Below are positions 28,332 to 38,070 of a stretch of 64,000 nt of DNA, piece after piece. The position numbers were made by a program, and so were the translations under genes. Location: positions 704,001 through 768,000 of the forward strand of contig CAWCNY010000003.1 of NCBI GenBank assembly GCA_963797095.1, read 5' to 3'. The stretch comes from an uncultured Chloroflexia bacterium (lineage in GTDB: Bacteria; Chloroflexota; Chloroflexia; QHBQ01; JADMIH01). A model generated the notes under the pieces. That model worked only from the letters and a program-made list of their open reading frames with translations. It made no database searches and was not told where the DNA came from. Numbering within the stretch: position 1 is the first letter of the stretch; the number at the start of each line of letters is the position of its first letter.

Positions 28332-28802
28332 TTAGCAAGCTCGATCTTGATCCCGCACCTTCCCCACCTGGGCAAGATCGTCTTTTTCAAGGAACGAATA
28401 CACAAGCCCAGCGGTAATCGCGCCCGCTGCCAGTGTGGAGAACCACATACAGACTTGTGCGAACGTGCCCCACCCATTCCAGGTTCCGCCGAGGCCGAAC
28501 AAAAACAACATCAAGGCAGCCAGCCCATTGCTGACGATCCCCACTATGACTACCGTCCGAATATTATCGCCCCGTTTGTGCCCTTGATACCCGAGCCAGT
28601 AACCGACGAAGAGGGCGCTGTAGGCACCGGCCAGTAGTATTACAAAGAGCATAGGCTCGGGCTTAGGTATGTCAAACCATCCAAACGACCACTCGGATGA
28701 TAATAGGGCCAGCACCCAAATAGCGGTCATGATCATCTTGAAGATCAGGACGCTGGTTAGTATGTTAGCATGCTTCTTTTCAATGCGGTCAGAAGGTTCC
28801 AT
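28332..28802 (-). CDS. Four-TM membrane protein of unknown function
   Basis: Four hydrophobic segments; GAGGGG RBS. Confidence 0.65.
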   Translation of the reverse strand: MEPSDRIEKKHANILTSVLIFKMIMTAIWVLALLSSEWSFGWFDIPKPEPMLFVILLAGAYSALFVGYWLGYQGHKRGDNIRTVVIVGIVSNGLAALMLFLFGLGGTWNGWGTFAQVCMWFSTLAAGAITAGLVYSFLEKDDLAQVGKVRDQDRAC

Positions 28803-28822
28803 AGACCCCTCATAGCGCTGCC

Positions 28823-29350
28823 CTATAGAGAGGAGAATGTGCCATTAGCCAATGTGCCGGTAGTTAGCGTCGTATGGGGCCCTCGCACACTACGGATCTC
28901 GTCCCAACATGCCGTTATAGTGCGCCCCACTTCTATCAGCGGCTCCATACACGCCTCGATAGCTTGCTTAAGGTTCTCTACCCAGCTCGTCCACCCGCCG
29001 CCTTGCTCTTTGCCCAGGCGAGCGATATGCGCCAGCTCCCAGTCCGAGGCAACCACGGCCATAAACTGCTTCACCAGCGCATTGTAGCGCTGCTGGCAGG
29101 TAGAGATCGCCCGCCGCGCCCGATCCGGGTCGGTCAACCGCTCTACTGCTTTCTGGTATTCGACTGCCGCTTCAAAAGCCTCCTCCGATAGGCCGAGCGC
29201 CTCTTCCACGGCTTCATCGTAGCGGACTGCCAGCCTGACCACGTATCCTCCCGGTCTCGGCCTGTCCTCTATTGCCGTAACGCGCAACCTGAGCATTGCA
29301 TCGGCCAATCTGCCCAGTCGTACTGTTAGTTCGCGGATTGCGATCTCCAT
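28823..29350 (-). CDS. Helical hypothetical protein
   Basis: 175-aa ORF with an RBS, divergent from the LuxR gene. Confidence 0.65.
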   Translation of the reverse strand: MEIAIRELTVRLGRLADAMLRLRVTAIEDRPRPGGYVVRLAVRYDEAVEEALGLSEEAFEAAVEYQKAVERLTDPDRARRAISTCQQRYNALVKQFMAVVASDWELAHIARLGKEQGGGWTSWVENLKQAIEACMEPLIEVGRTITACWDEIRSVRGPHTTLTTGTLANGTFSSL

Positions 29351-29630
29351 CGCTTCACCATCTCCTTACCTTGCTCTTAGTTCAAGCGGTTGCTTGTCAC
29401 CACCAGTTTGCGCCATGATTTCGCATTCGGCAAGTCCTACTTTTGCGTGTCACTCATCTATGCGATTAGTATTCTATGCACGCAACTTTAATCTTTTTGT
29501 CTGATGTGGAGCCGTCACTTCACGTCTAAAATAAGCTCACAACATAAACGCGGCCCCATAGATCGTAACCCACGCTATCGCCGCAGAGGCCCTTCAAACC
29601 AACAGAGTTAACACGCGAAAGAGGTGACCC

Positions 29631-30110
29631 ATGAACGCAATTCTACAGTTCCAACCACGTGAGCTTCCGGCCATCAACGACACAGCCCAGTTGGAGGGAG
29701 TTCTGGAGCAGATAACGGAATGTGTGCGGCGGGGAGGCAGACCCAGATATGTGGACACCTGGCCTAACAGCGCATCGAAATCGAGCGTTCCATTCGGTGG
29801 CAGCGATCAAGTTGAGGAGCTTGTGCAGATCGAGATGGGCGGGCGCGTCTACTCTCTGATGTGCTGGTTCAGGCAGCCGGTCGAGGAGCAATACTATCTC
29901 AGCCCCCGCGAGCGCGAGGTGGTGCGCCTGGTGGCCAAAGGGCTTCCCAACAAGACGATTGCTTGCGCCCTCAAGATAAGCGCCTGGACCGTAGCCACCT
30001 ACATGCGGCGCATCTTCACCAAACTGGAAGTCAACTCGCGGGCCGAGATGGTGGCGAAAGCCCTCAAGCAGGGTCTACTGGCAGAAAGCGATCTCCATGT
30101 CGTGCGATGA
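29631..30110 (+). CDS. LuxR-family HTH regulator
   Basis: LSPREREVVRLVAKGLPNKTIA..ISAWTVATYMRRIFTKL. Confidence 0.9.
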   Translation: MNAILQFQPRELPAINDTAQLEGVLEQITECVRRGGRPRYVDTWPNSASKSSVPFGGSDQVEELVQIEMGGRVYSLMCWFRQPVEEQYYLSPREREVVRLVAKGLPNKTIACALKISAWTVATYMRRIFTKLEVNSRAEMVAKALKQGLLAESDLHVVR

Positions 30111-30118
30111 CTATCGAG

Positions 30119-31858
30119 CTATTTTGTAGAATTGATCCATTGTGTGAGGCTCAAACCGTATTCGGAATGGTTGAAGCCGGTGCCGCCTTTCTCTTGCAAC
30201 TCCGGTCTCCACACAGAGGGTAGCACGGCAGGGTCCATAGGGCTGGATGGGAAAAACGGGTTTAGCGTAAGAGAGTTTCCGGTCGTGAAGTGCCATGTTT
30301 GGTCAAAAGCTATTCCCTCTACATTGCCTCTCGCGTGAACGGTGTATGTACTGTCAGGTTGCAAGGGGTTGACGGCGATCAGCGCATAGCAGTTGAAAGT
30401 AATGCAATCAGCGGGGTTGGGGTGAATGGGCACGAGATCTCCGGTCGATGTGCGCAAGTCGGCCTCATCAACATGGAGCGCCCCACCCTCTCCTTCCAGG
30501 GTGACCGGGAAACCCACCGGGCGGGGTGCTCCAGGAGGCAACGGATCTGGAGACTCGCCGCCGTCCCACTGAGGAGGCACACCTGTCTCGTTGTCGACAG
30601 GATAGCCCAGCATATAGGGTGTGGGGGTAGCTGAAGCAGCGGGCGCTGCGCCGAAATCCATTACATCAACCGCCTGCCGGTATTCTCCCTCCTGCTGCGA
30701 CCCCCAGCCGTATCCCGTATAGCGGGCGTTGATGTCGAGCATGATAACCCTGTGGTAAATGGTGGACATCCAACCATCAACGCTACTTACAGGTTCTCCG
30801 AGGAAATGCATTACCTCAGCGCCACCCCACCATGGATAGCCCGCTGCCACTATACGATCCGAGGGCCATTGGCCGGTGTATGCTGGTTTGCCTTCGACCT
30901 CGCCATGAGGGCCGTAGATCATTGCCGAAGCGTCGTTATGATTGAGCAGATAGTAATTGGCGTGGCTCTGGGTTGCCGTCTGTATGGCGGGATATATGTC
31001 GAGCAACGGCAAGCCAGCTATGTTCCTGTAAATATTCAGCCAGTTGAGCGCTCTATCGGGGGCGGGCAAGGCATTGTATGCGATCTTTGCAAGCTGACCG
31101 CGTAATGCATTGCCGTTAGTGCGGAAATAGTGCCTGCTTGCCGTGTCGCACGGCTCGCCTGGCCCGCCACATTCATAGCCGCTGATAATATCTTTGCTCG
31201 CTGCGGTTTCAACGTACTGGTAGAAGGTAGAACCGAAGGCAACATCAGCAAAGGTCGGGTCAGATGGGTTGGCCAGGGTCCAACCGGCAGCTATTGAGAT
31301 TACCTTGCATAGCTGCCCCCTGGTGATATTGTTGTTGGGGCGGAAATATGGCCGCCTCGACGAATCGCAAGGCTCATGTAGGCCGCCGCAAGCGTAGCCG
31401 CTGACGATCCCGGCGTGGTTGGCGGCCTCGATCACTGCGAAGTATGTGGAACCGTTGGGCACGTCCGTAAACGTATGATCGTTCCCGGCGGGAGTATAGG
31501 GGGCGATATTGAAAGCGTTCACCACGATCTTCACAACCTGGGCGCGGGTGGTATTGTTTGATGGGCGGAAAGTATCGTCGGAGTAACCCGATATTATCGA
31601 CTGCGAAGCAAGATAGCTGACGGGGACGTAAAAGTAATCCGACGGCCGGACATCGCTGAACCAGACGAATCCGCTCGTTGACCTTCCTGCCGTGCTTGTT
31701 GTTGTTTCAGGCAACTTGCTTGCACGGGCCTCGTGGTTCCTTTGGCTACCCAGCAGTTGGACGAGTACCAGCGCGACCAGCAAAAGCAGTCCGGATAGTA
31801 TAAGATGAAATACTCTGCTGTGAGTTATCCTACCGGACCTAGCGAAAGTACTGCTCAT
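30119..31858 (-). CDS. SLH + CAP(SCP) domain surface protein
   Basis: N-terminal TM; three SLH repeats; CAP motifs LNIYRNIAGL, HANY, WMSTIYHR; C-terminal Ig-like domain ending WHFTTG. Confidence 0.85.
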   Translation of the reverse strand: MSSTFARSGRITHSRVFHLILSGLLLLVALVLVQLLGSQRNHEARASKLPETTTSTAGRSTSGFVWFSDVRPSDYFYVPVSYLASQSIISGYSDDTFRPSNNTTRAQVVKIVVNAFNIAPYTPAGNDHTFTDVPNGSTYFAVIEAANHAGIVSGYACGGLHEPCDSSRRPYFRPNNNITRGQLCKVISIAAGWTLANPSDPTFADVAFGSTFYQYVETAASKDIISGYECGGPGEPCDTASRHYFRTNGNALRGQLAKIAYNALPAPDRALNWLNIYRNIAGLPLLDIYPAIQTATQSHANYYLLNHNDASAMIYGPHGEVEGKPAYTGQWPSDRIVAAGYPWWGGAEVMHFLGEPVSSVDGWMSTIYHRVIMLDINARYTGYGWGSQQEGEYRQAVDVMDFGAAPAASATPTPYMLGYPVDNETGVPPQWDGGESPDPLPPGAPRPVGFPVTLEGEGGALHVDEADLRTSTGDLVPIHPNPADCITFNCYALIAVNPLQPDSTYTVHARGNVEGIAFDQTWHFTTGNSLTLNPFFPSSPMDPAVLPSVWRPELQEKGGTGFNHSEYGLSLTQWINSTK

Positions 31859-32015
31859 GGACTTTCCTTCTCGTGTGAAGCGTATGAAAAAACCGCTTAA
31901 TGTGTAGACGCTAGTTCCATAAGCGAGGGCGTTTTGTTATGAAGCGTAACAGGCACAGTATAGAACGAAAGACGAAGGCCAGCTACCTTCGTCTTTCGTA
32001 TCCCCTATTTGACCT

Positions 32016-33413
32016 TCAAGTTCCCATGCGCGAGGGTCGCTGGTGGGCCTGGGCTGCACGGCGGTAGTATTCCATCGCCTGCTTGTGATCGCCCCGCTCT
32101 TCCAGCACCTGAGCATAGCTGAACGTGAGTGCGTACACCGCTTCCTCAAACGGAGTTTGCTCGATGGCCTCAAGCGCCTGGTGGAACAATCGATCTGCTT
32201 CTTTGGTGTTGCCCCGCTTTTCCTCGATCAAGGCCGCAACCTGGAGGGCCTCGGCATGTGTGCGCTGGGCGTTCCCGCGTGTTTGCTTGCCGGTACCTTC
32301 ACTCTGCTTGCTGAGTGCCTCGCTCAGTTTGACGCTCTCCTCTGCATATTTGGCTGCCTCGTCCAGGTTGCCCCGCTGCCTTGCCAGGTCGGCGTAGTTG
32401 TGATACAGGCTGCTGAGCAACACCTGGTCTCCCGCATTGGCAAGCAGGCCCTCCGCCTTCTTCAGCAGATCTTCGGCCTCCGAGTACTTCTGTTCGCCCA
32501 TCATTAGCTCGGCCAGATTCATACTGATAGCTGCGGCTTCTGCCCGGTTGTCGGCGGCCTCATAGATGTGGAGGGCACGCGTTGCATATAACTTGGCTCT
32601 GGCCCAATCGCCCTTGGCCTTATAGCCTGTCGCTATACCCCAGAAGATATTTGCCTGGCGTTGCAGATCGTACACATCATCGAGCATTTTGAGGGCATTC
32701 TGATATGTGCTGATGGCGTGCGGCAGATCGTTCGCCGCCCAGTAATCATTCGCAAGGTTGCGATATACGCTCAGGTGTAGGTTTACATCCTTGGCTTCGT
32801 TCTTCTGGACCGCACGCAAGCATTGCAAATGGTATTCCAATGCCAGTTGCGGCTGGCTCTGTTGATAAAGTGCTACGCCGAGCATGTTGCGAACGGTGGT
32901 AGTAGCTTCCGCATCACCATCTTTCTCAGCGATCTCAAGGGCCTTTTCCAATTCAGGGCGCGCAAGGTCCGGCTCCGATTTTTGCAAATAGGCCAGCCCG
33001 CGCAGGAATGGGATGCGGTAACGAATACGGGCGGGTAGTTTTGGCATATATAACTCGGCGCTTGCTTCAGCATCCGCCAGGAGCTTGAGCGCTTCGTCCG
33101 AATTATCGGTACGGATCAGCATTTTGGCATAATTGAACTGGTATGTCAGGTCTTCTTGGAGTGCGTCAACTTCTGGCGGAGTCTCTGTATCGAGCCGAGC
33201 AACCAGGAAATCAGCAATGGGGATATTCAATCTCCTGGCAAAAACGTCCAGGGCTTTGAGCGATGGCCTTACCGCCCCACGCTCCAGAGCGCTTACATAC
33301 CCCTTGGTAAATTCGGGGCCGGCAAGCACTTCCTGTGTCATGCCCCGCTCTAACCGTGCCTTGCGAATCCTCATTCCAAGCGCGGCTAGCGTATTCTTAG
33401 TAGAGACATCCAT
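32016..33413 (-). CDS. XRE-HTH / TPR regulator (RRNPP-like architecture)
   Basis: LGMRIRKARLERGMTQEVLAGPEFTKGYVSALERG..RPS followed by TPRs. Confidence 0.9.
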   Translation of the reverse strand: MDVSTKNTLAALGMRIRKARLERGMTQEVLAGPEFTKGYVSALERGAVRPSLKALDVFARRLNIPIADFLVARLDTETPPEVDALQEDLTYQFNYAKMLIRTDNSDEALKLLADAEASAELYMPKLPARIRYRIPFLRGLAYLQKSEPDLARPELEKALEIAEKDGDAEATTTVRNMLGVALYQQSQPQLALEYHLQCLRAVQKNEAKDVNLHLSVYRNLANDYWAANDLPHAISTYQNALKMLDDVYDLQRQANIFWGIATGYKAKGDWARAKLYATRALHIYEAADNRAEAAAISMNLAELMMGEQKYSEAEDLLKKAEGLLANAGDQVLLSSLYHNYADLARQRGNLDEAAKYAEESVKLSEALSKQSEGTGKQTRGNAQRTHAEALQVAALIEEKRGNTKEADRLFHQALEAIEQTPFEEAVYALTFSYAQVLEERGDHKQAMEYYRRAAQAHQRPSRMGT

Positions 33414-33670
33414 AGGTTACTCCCCCTTGTGGGTGTAGGTTTAGATTTAACCGCGTATCTATGTTTCATAATAACATAGATCGACCTGCAAGCAAAGGAT
33501 TAGGACTGACTGTAAACTGCAACTTCTTTTATGCCATCAATTACCCTCCTGTTCTTAGACATCCATCTAAGTAGGGGAACGACAACATGCGTAGAGCTAG
33601 CTGCACGCATAGGCCGCCTGCCAAAGTGAACTGCATTATACTAGATAATATGGCCTGGTGCAAATTCCTT

Positions 33671-33774
33671 TCCATATCGTCCATATCGTCCATATCGTCC
33701 ACTACAATGGTGCGAAGATAATGCGTACAAAGCCCCACCACGATATCAAGTCTGCCCCACCACGATATCAAGTC
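33671..33774. repeat. (TCCATATCG)3 and 2x GCCCCACCACGATATCAAGTC direct repeats upstream of the XRE-TPR gene
   Basis: 9-mers at 33671-33701; exact 21-mers at 33732 and 33754. Confidence 0.8.
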
Positions 33775-33847
33775 GCTAGATGCTACATGTAACATCTGAT
33801 ATTGCCTATCCTACTATTCAGTCGCTATCAGGTTCGGTCATCATCAG

Positions 33848-36235
33848 CTACTCGTCGCACTCAGAAAGAAATGTGTTGGACACGATCTTGGTCACCTGCC
33901 CTCTCGTTGCGTTGTTGCTTGGGCGGAAATATGGTAGATCGCTCGGAGGTACGCACGGCTCCGGGTTGCTACAGGGATAGCCGCTCACTACACCCCGGTT
34001 AGCAAGTTGCTGGGTGAAAGTATAGAAAGTCGAGCCTGGAGGCATATCCTCGAATAACTGCGTGCCTGGCGGATCTATGATATTTGCTGCCAGCGCCACA
34101 ATCTTCGAGATCTGCCCGCGTGTCGCGTTGCTATTCGGCCTGAAGTAGGGCAAATTGAGAGGACCTACACAGGGCTCGCCCACACCTCCACATGGATAGC
34201 CGCTCATTATGCCCCTGCTCGCCAGCCTCTGTATGAAGGTATAGAAAGTTGAGCCGGGGAGCACATCCTCGAAGCTCTGACCGCTGGCGGGTTCTACAAA
34301 TCCTGCGGCGCTTGCCACCACGCTTGAGAGCTGCCCCCTGGTGATGTTCATACCGGGCCGGAAGTATGGATCGTCAGTTGGATCGCAAGGCTCACCAACC
34401 CCGCCGCAGGGATACCCCGACAGAATGCCTCTGCATGCCAGGCACCTCGCAAACGCGTAGAATGTGCTTCCCTCCGGCACATCCGCGAATTGCATGCTGC
34501 AAGTAGTCGGGCTAGGGCTTGCGGTCGGTCCACCTGTAGATGTAACTATTGGTGTGAGTGCAGCGCTAGCAGTGGGAGTAGTGGTCGCAGTGTCGGTAGT
34601 GGTCGCGGTGTCGGTAGCGCTAGCGGTGGGGGTAAACGTGGGGGTGGATGTAGGCGTCGCTGTGGGAGTGGACGATGGCGTAGATGTAGGGATCGGCGTC
34701 TGTACTCCCGGCCGGTCTCCTCTGTCCACGTAGAAGTCGCCCTCCCCCGCCCCATGCCTCGTATCTATCCACGAGGCCAGCGCATAGCTATTGTCCGGTG
34801 CGAACACCAGCGACTTGCGCACGCCCAGGTAATCCACCAGCTTGAGGTCTTGCACGTTGTCCGGGTTGTTCGATACGTCGGTGACGCGCACGTTGGAGCT
34901 CCAGGTCACCCCCCCATCGGTGGACTGCGAGTAAACCAGGTCATACATGTCGCCCGTGGGCTGGTAGCGCCTGTCGTACCATGTCACCCCTGTAGTGCCA
35001 TCTGGGGCTGTCGCTATCGAAGGTTGGAACTGGTCGATGTTGTTGCCTACCGGATCGTCGTTGATTCGCGTTGGCGTGCTCCACGTGACCCCACCGTCGG
35101 TGGTCCTGCTGAAAGCTATATCCCCGAACCTGCCGCTGCTGCCACACAGCTTATAGTCAGGCTCCCATCGCCCATCGTTCCACACCGCGTATACCGCTTC
35201 CGGGTCGGTAGGCGACACCGCGATCTGGGGGTAGTGATTAATACGCAGGTAGTTGCAACTTTCCTTCACCACCAGCACCAGCTCGTGATATTTGTAGTCC
35301 GGCCCGCCGGCCAGGGTCGCAGGCGTGCCACCGATCAGCCTGTCCGGCCCCCAGGTGGCCCCACCGTCCGTGCTCCGATCCAGGTATATATCTCTCGGCT
35401 CCAGCAACAGATTGTTCGGCTTGTACTCGAATGCTACATATACCGTGCCGTCCGAAGCCACCGCCGACGATGGCCCGAACGAGTAGTAGTGGTTCGCATC
35501 CGACACATCTACCTGCGAGCTCCAACTAACCCCTCCATCGGTGGAGCTACGCATTTTGACCCCCTGCCAGAACGGGTCCGTGTTGTTGATGTAAGTCCAG
35601 AAGGCGTACAGCTTGTTGGCGAGCGGTCCCTGGGTACGCCGGTCAATAGCCAGGCTTATGCCCGCCACGTACTCATACTGGCCCTGCACCACCACCGGCA
35701 CAGGCGAACTCCAATCCAACCCGTTGGTGGTGGTCAGCACAAATAGAGCGGTGGACACGGTGCTCGATATGGCGAGACCTGTAAGATAAGCCGTACCGCT
35801 ACCGTTGAACGCCACGTTCGTTTCACCCGGTATAGGTGTGAAGCCGTTGCCCCATACATCGGTGAAAACCCGCGTGACCCAGCTATTTCCTCCGTCGGTG
35901 CTGGTAGCATAAGCAGGTGCCGAGCCGTTCCTGTCAAAATGGTCGTATCCCGCTATGATCATCTGCGGATCGAGCGGATTGATCGCTATTACCTGGTTCT
36001 TATAATTGGTAGGCGTAACCACCAACAATGGGGTGACGGCGATATCGGTTCCCCATAGTGGTTTCACGCCTCCCACCTGTGTGTAAGTGTGCGCTGTGGT
36101 GCGTACGGCAAGCACCAGGAACAGAGCGGCGCTCGCCGCGAGCACGACAACAGATCGACCCGGGCCTGCCCTCCAGGTCTGGATGTGGGGTTTCAGCCCG
36201 CGACGTACGGAATGCGAAGTGCGATTATCGCTCAT
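33848..36235 (-). CDS. BNR/Asp-box (sialidase-like) beta-propeller with PT linker and SLH domains
   Basis: Multiple STDGGxxW boxes, a TPTPT linker and three SLH repeats. Confidence 0.85.
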   Translation of the reverse strand: MSDNRTSHSVRRGLKPHIQTWRAGPGRSVVVLAASAALFLVLAVRTTAHTYTQVGGVKPLWGTDIAVTPLLVVTPTNYKNQVIAINPLDPQMIIAGYDHFDRNGSAPAYATSTDGGNSWVTRVFTDVWGNGFTPIPGETNVAFNGSGTAYLTGLAISSTVSTALFVLTTTNGLDWSSPVPVVVQGQYEYVAGISLAIDRRTQGPLANKLYAFWTYINNTDPFWQGVKMRSSTDGGVSWSSQVDVSDANHYYSFGPSSAVASDGTVYVAFEYKPNNLLLEPRDIYLDRSTDGGATWGPDRLIGGTPATLAGGPDYKYHELVLVVKESCNYLRINHYPQIAVSPTDPEAVYAVWNDGRWEPDYKLCGSSGRFGDIAFSRTTDGGVTWSTPTRINDDPVGNNIDQFQPSIATAPDGTTGVTWYDRRYQPTGDMYDLVYSQSTDGGVTWSSNVRVTDVSNNPDNVQDLKLVDYLGVRKSLVFAPDNSYALASWIDTRHGAGEGDFYVDRGDRPGVQTPIPTSTPSSTPTATPTSTPTFTPTASATDTATTTDTATTTPTASAALTPIVTSTGGPTASPSPTTCSMQFADVPEGSTFYAFARCLACRGILSGYPCGGVGEPCDPTDDPYFRPGMNITRGQLSSVVASAAGFVEPASGQSFEDVLPGSTFYTFIQRLASRGIMSGYPCGGVGEPCVGPLNLPYFRPNSNATRGQISKIVALAANIIDPPGTQLFEDMPPGSTFYTFTQQLANRGVVSGYPCSNPEPCVPPSDLPYFRPSNNATRGQVTKIVSNTFLSECDE

Positions 36236-36267
36236 AGGCCAGGAACCCGCAAAGCGTTAGAGCAAGC

Positions 36268-37488
36268 CTAAAGCCTTCTCAACTGCGGCTTATAAACCCC
36301 TGTGATACGCTCGTAGTTGGGACGATAGCGCTCGGTGTTGTAATCGGCGGGATCAACTCTGCGCGCCGGGTACTCTTTGCCCGGTATGTCTGTGTAGATG
36401 AATTCGCCCTCTCGGTGCCCCGCCATTACGCCCTCAACACCTTTCTCTATGAGTCCCATCACCAGGTTGGCATAGAAGTTCGCCATACGCTTGTCATACA
36501 CGTCAGGCTCCCCGCTACGCAGTATATAAGTGAGATCTACCGGCAGGAAACGCACCCCTGGCAGCAGTCTCCTAAGCTCCTCTGCCAGGAACTCGGCTAC
36601 GTTTGTCTTTTTGCGGTGCCCATAAGCATCAGGCGCTCCCACTTCGGGCACAGTCACGCCCAGGTTTGCGCCCTCAGACATTATCACAATCGAGTAGCCG
36701 GAAGGATTGTGGCGATCACCCTTTACCAGGTCGGCCAGCTTCTCAATATCGACGGGTATCTCCGGGATGAGAAGGCGGTCGGCCCAGGTTGCTATGGCCG
36801 TTTCCAGGGCGGTGAAGCCCGCATCGCGGCCAAACAGGCGGAACAGTACCGTCTCTCGATGTGAGCCTGCCGTTGAACGGATGCGCTCGACGCTTTCGGA
36901 CGCCCGGTTGATCGCCGTTTGGAATCCGATACAATAGTCGGTGCCCGGCACGTCGTTGTCCATCGTCTTGGGTATCCCCCAGGTCGATACACCGTGCTTC
37001 TTCAGGACCGACCCGTAACTCAGCGTATCGTCGCCCCCGATCACGATCAGGCCATCCAGGCCCAGGAATTCGATATTCGCCAGAACCTCTTGAGTGAGGT
37101 CAACCCGCTCATCAGCGCTGTGTCCCTCCCCGTACTTGCGCAGGTGGGGCGGCAGATCCCCCACACTTATGCGCGCCGGGTTGGTGCGGGTTGATTGGAG
37201 GATCGTGCCTCCCGTGCGGTCGATTGTACGCGTGTTCAACCTGTTGAGCGGCAGCAAGTAACCTGCTTCCCACGTAGACTCGTTGTCGGCGCGAAAGCAA
37301 AGTGCATCGATGCCCCGCGCCCTGTCCATGTAAGTGATCCCTTCCCACCCGGCACGTAAGCCCATAACCTCCCAGCCCAGCGTATACGCCCTGTACACTA
37401 TTGCCTTAATAGCGGCATTGAGGCCGGGTACATCACCGCCCCCAGTCAATACCCCCAACTTCTTCATTCTCTGTGTGGTTTGTGTCAT
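36268..37488 (-). CDS. pfkA: 6-phosphofructokinase (PfkA family)
   Basis: LTGGGDVPGLN, GGTILQSTR, GGDDT, PKTMDND, GR.AG. Confidence 0.9.
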   Translation of the reverse strand: MTQTTQRMKKLGVLTGGGDVPGLNAAIKAIVYRAYTLGWEVMGLRAGWEGITYMDRARGIDALCFRADNESTWEAGYLLPLNRLNTRTIDRTGGTILQSTRTNPARISVGDLPPHLRKYGEGHSADERVDLTQEVLANIEFLGLDGLIVIGGDDTLSYGSVLKKHGVSTWGIPKTMDNDVPGTDYCIGFQTAINRASESVERIRSTAGSHRETVLFRLFGRDAGFTALETAIATWADRLLIPEIPVDIEKLADLVKGDRHNPSGYSIVIMSEGANLGVTVPEVGAPDAYGHRKKTNVAEFLAEELRRLLPGVRFLPVDLTYILRSGEPDVYDKRMANFYANLVMGLIEKGVEGVMAGHREGEFIYTDIPGKEYPARRVDPADYNTERYRPNYERITGVYKPQLRRL

Positions 37489-38070
37489 TCGCGAACTCTA
37501 CCTTCTCGTAAGTGTCGCTGAGAGCCACATCGCACCCAACCGATTCCAATCCAGGCACCTCAAGCCCGCCATGCTTGGTGTATCTATTCACTCTGCTCTA
37601 CATTGCACAGAGTGTCTGCACGTCGAAATGTCTATATCTATTCTGCCCTGCGATACAAGCACATACTCCCGCAACAATGCCAGCTTGAGATAGTGAGCAA
37701 CCTACGACCATTATACAACAGCCACCGCGGATTAATATACCGGGTTCTTCCAGCAAGCATTCTGAACGGGCTGGGCGGGCGTAAGACCCGCCATACCAGA
37801 TCCCCGCCGGCCCCACATGACAGTTATTATCCCAACTAATGTGATTAGAACTGTATGCTAACAAACTCTGTTTACATTGACATCTATCTACGTCATTATG
37901 GGTATTGATACTTCGTAAACTCATGGTATAATAGCGGCGTTATGTATGGATCAGCATCCTGACATGCTAGATGCCTCTGGTTCGCGTATTGGAACCTGGG
38001 TCCTAAACCGTGCGGTGTATCTTTTCAACATAGCTACCTTCCATAATCATAATCAAGAGGGGCACATACC

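Noticed and set aside
33519-33537. Additional sigma-54 promoter (TGGCAT..TTGCA, minus strand)
   Set aside because: The spacer is 8 nt, not the required 5.
33732-33774. Possible mini CRISPR array
   Set aside because: Only two 21-bp repeats separated by 1 bp; no spacers and no cas genes.
34490-35746. 418-aa plus-strand ORF
   Set aside because: Antisense shadow of the BNR-SLH gene.
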